Of a stretch of 64,000 nucleotides of DNA, positions 62,582 to 64,000 are shown in pieces; positions within the stretch are counted from its first letter, which is position 1; each line of letters begins with the position of its first letter. Position numbers and translations under genes: made by a program. Under the pieces are notes generated by a model, which saw nothing but the letters and a program-made list of their open reading frames with translations, had not been told where the DNA came from and did no database searches. The stretch lies in contig CAVXTM010000012.1 of NCBI GenBank assembly GCA_963764725.1, forward strand, positions 64,001 to 128,000, given 5' to 3'. This DNA is from an uncultured Gammaproteobacteria bacterium (GTDB taxonomy: Bacteria; Pseudomonadota; Gammaproteobacteria; JACCXJ01).

Positions 62582-63967
62582 GAGAAATAGTCAAATGTTG
62601 TGTACGGAGCTAGGTTAGGCGGCGATTCTTTCGGGGTCTTCCCATAGGCCGTCTTTGAAAATAACTCCCTCGATGACTTGAGCGAGGCGGGGAATTCCAT
62701 ACAGTTTCCGCCAATGTCGCTCGGCACTTTTTACCAACATGAATACCATCGCCAAAATGCTTTCTCGAGACACGCAGCCGCGGGTTTTGTTGGTGCGCAG
62801 CCGGACCGTAGCAAAGGTGGATTCGATCGGATTCGTGGTCCGAAGATGGATCCAGTGCTCTGCCGGAAAATCGTAGAAGGCCAACAGTGACCCCCGATCT
62901 TTTTCCAAACACTCCGCAGCTTTCGGATACTTGGGACGGTAGAGGATCAGAAAGCGATCGAAGGCGCGCTCGGCCTCCTGCCGGGTGGCTGCCATCCAGA
63001 TCTCCTGCAGCGCCGCCTTGGCCTTAGGTTGCTGGCTCTTGGGTAGCTTGTTGAGCACGTTGGCAGTCTTGTGTACCCAACAGCGTTGACCACGGGTCAT
63101 GCCGAAGACTTGCGGTAATGCCTTCCAGAATCCCAAGGCCCCATCGCCGGTGGCCAGATGCGGATCGAGCTTCAAGCCACGGGCTTTCAGATCCAATAGC
63201 ACTTCCCGCCAGGACGCTTCACTTTCCCGATAGCCATCGGCGAGCGTCACCAATTCTTTCTTACCCTCAGCCGTCGCGCCGATCACCACCAGAATGCACT
63301 GGGCCGCATCTTCCAGCCGTACCCCGAAATGGATACCGTCAACCCATAGATACACATAGCGCCGGTTCGATAGATCGCGCCGTGACCAGCGCGCGTGCTC
63401 GTCTTGCCATACCGCCTTGAGCCGACCGATCGTGCTGGCCGACAAGCCCGGCGCCTCTCGCCCCAACAAAGCCGTCAGCGCCTCCTGAAAATCACCTGTC
63501 GAGATCCCCTTCAAGTATAACCAGGGCAATAGTTCCTCCAGCGTCTTGGTGCGCCGTATATAGGGTGGCAATATCGAGGAGTTATACCGGATCGTCTTTT
63601 CCCGGTCCCGAACCCGCGGTATTTTCACCTCCACCGCTCCCACACCGGTTTGTATCGTCCGTCCCGGCAGATGACCGTTACGTACCACACGCTGGCGTCC
63701 TTCCGCCGTTTCCTGTCCCATGAAACCTTCCAGAAAAACCGCAACTTCCGCTTCAATCGCAGCCGCTAGCATCCGTTGGGCACCCGCCCGCAGAATCTCT
63801 GTGAGCGCATCCGCGACCGGAGCCGGCGTCCCTGGATTCTTCAACGCAATTACTTTATCTTCACTCATGGCGTATTCACTCCTTTCAGTAGGAATTGATG
63901 ACCTTGAAGACCATCAAGAATACGCCGCCTCCTTTACTCCTTCATCCACAACTTTCAATCATAACTC
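62582..63967 (-). mobile_element. IS256-family element, second type
   Basis: TIRs GAGAAATAGTCAAATGTTGTG / GAGTTATGATTGAAAGTTGTG; 9-bp TSD TTCCGCTGC at 62573-62581 and 63968-63976. Confidence 0.95.
62615..63868 (-). CDS. IS256 family transposase
   Basis: VRNGH, WVDG, GDGALGFW, QRCWVHK, RTTNPIES. Confidence 0.97.
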   Translation of the reverse strand: MSEDKVIALKNPGTPAPVADALTEILRAGAQRMLAAAIEAEVAVFLEGFMGQETAEGRQRVVRNGHLPGRTIQTGVGAVEVKIPRVRDREKTIRYNSSILPPYIRRTKTLEELLPWLYLKGISTGDFQEALTALLGREAPGLSASTIGRLKAVWQDEHARWSRRDLSNRRYVYLWVDGIHFGVRLEDAAQCILVVIGATAEGKKELVTLADGYRESEASWREVLLDLKARGLKLDPHLATGDGALGFWKALPQVFGMTRGQRCWVHKTANVLNKLPKSQQPKAKAALQEIWMAATRQEAERAFDRFLILYRPKYPKAAECLEKDRGSLLAFYDFPAEHWIHLRTTNPIESTFATVRLRTNKTRGCVSRESILAMVFMLVKSAERHWRKLYGIPRLAQVIEGVIFKDGLWEDPERIAA

Positions 63968-64000
63968 TTCCGCTGCCCGATGCGATCATTGAGGAGATCA

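Larger units (their letters stand above)
62032..64000 (+). pseudogene. PLD-like nuclease (SNF2 helicase expected downstream) anti-phage protein, interrupted by IS256; runs off the window edge
   Basis: RIAGYFRSS, HGKAG..E, GSINET; DAFPL|PDAIIEEI resumes after the IS. Confidence 0.85.

Noticed and set aside
1-64000. CRISPR array, retron/DGR or group II intron
   Set aside because: No regularly spaced repeats, cas genes or reverse-transcriptase motifs were seen by eye.

Overview
GC-rich (roughly 58-62%, by eye) bacterial, probably proteobacterial, accessory region in three parts. (1) About 1-19 kb is a general-stress/dormancy cluster: HAD-ATPase fusion, GT4, glycogen debranching enzyme, Cys-rich four-helix copper-storage protein, MgtC, STAS, DUF3309, CsbD, small lipoprotein, SYLF, dodecin, Fe/Mn-SOD and a baeRF remnant. 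Its intergenic DNA carries about eight sigma54-type -24/-12 elements, most preceded by a palindrome GTAA-N3-TTAC, often in tandem. It also holds two paralogous ~250-280-bp non-coding units that look like sigma54-driven, C-rich small RNAs; this is the most novel-looking signal. (2) About 19-54 kb is a decayed mosaic: two apparently identical IS256 copies, many integrase/IS remnants, a degenerate tRNA-Arg(CCT), a probable pseudokinase, cassette-like small genes, VapBC and BrnTA toxin-antitoxin pairs, and a degraded integron (intI 5' end, attI-like site, DUF3574 cassette). (3) About 54-64 kb is a DUF499-DUF3780-DUF1156 methyltransferase-PLD/helicase restriction-like anti-phage operon interrupted by IS630 and a second IS256 type. 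No CRISPR array, rRNA or reverse transcriptase was seen. All family calls come from motif recognition, not database searches.
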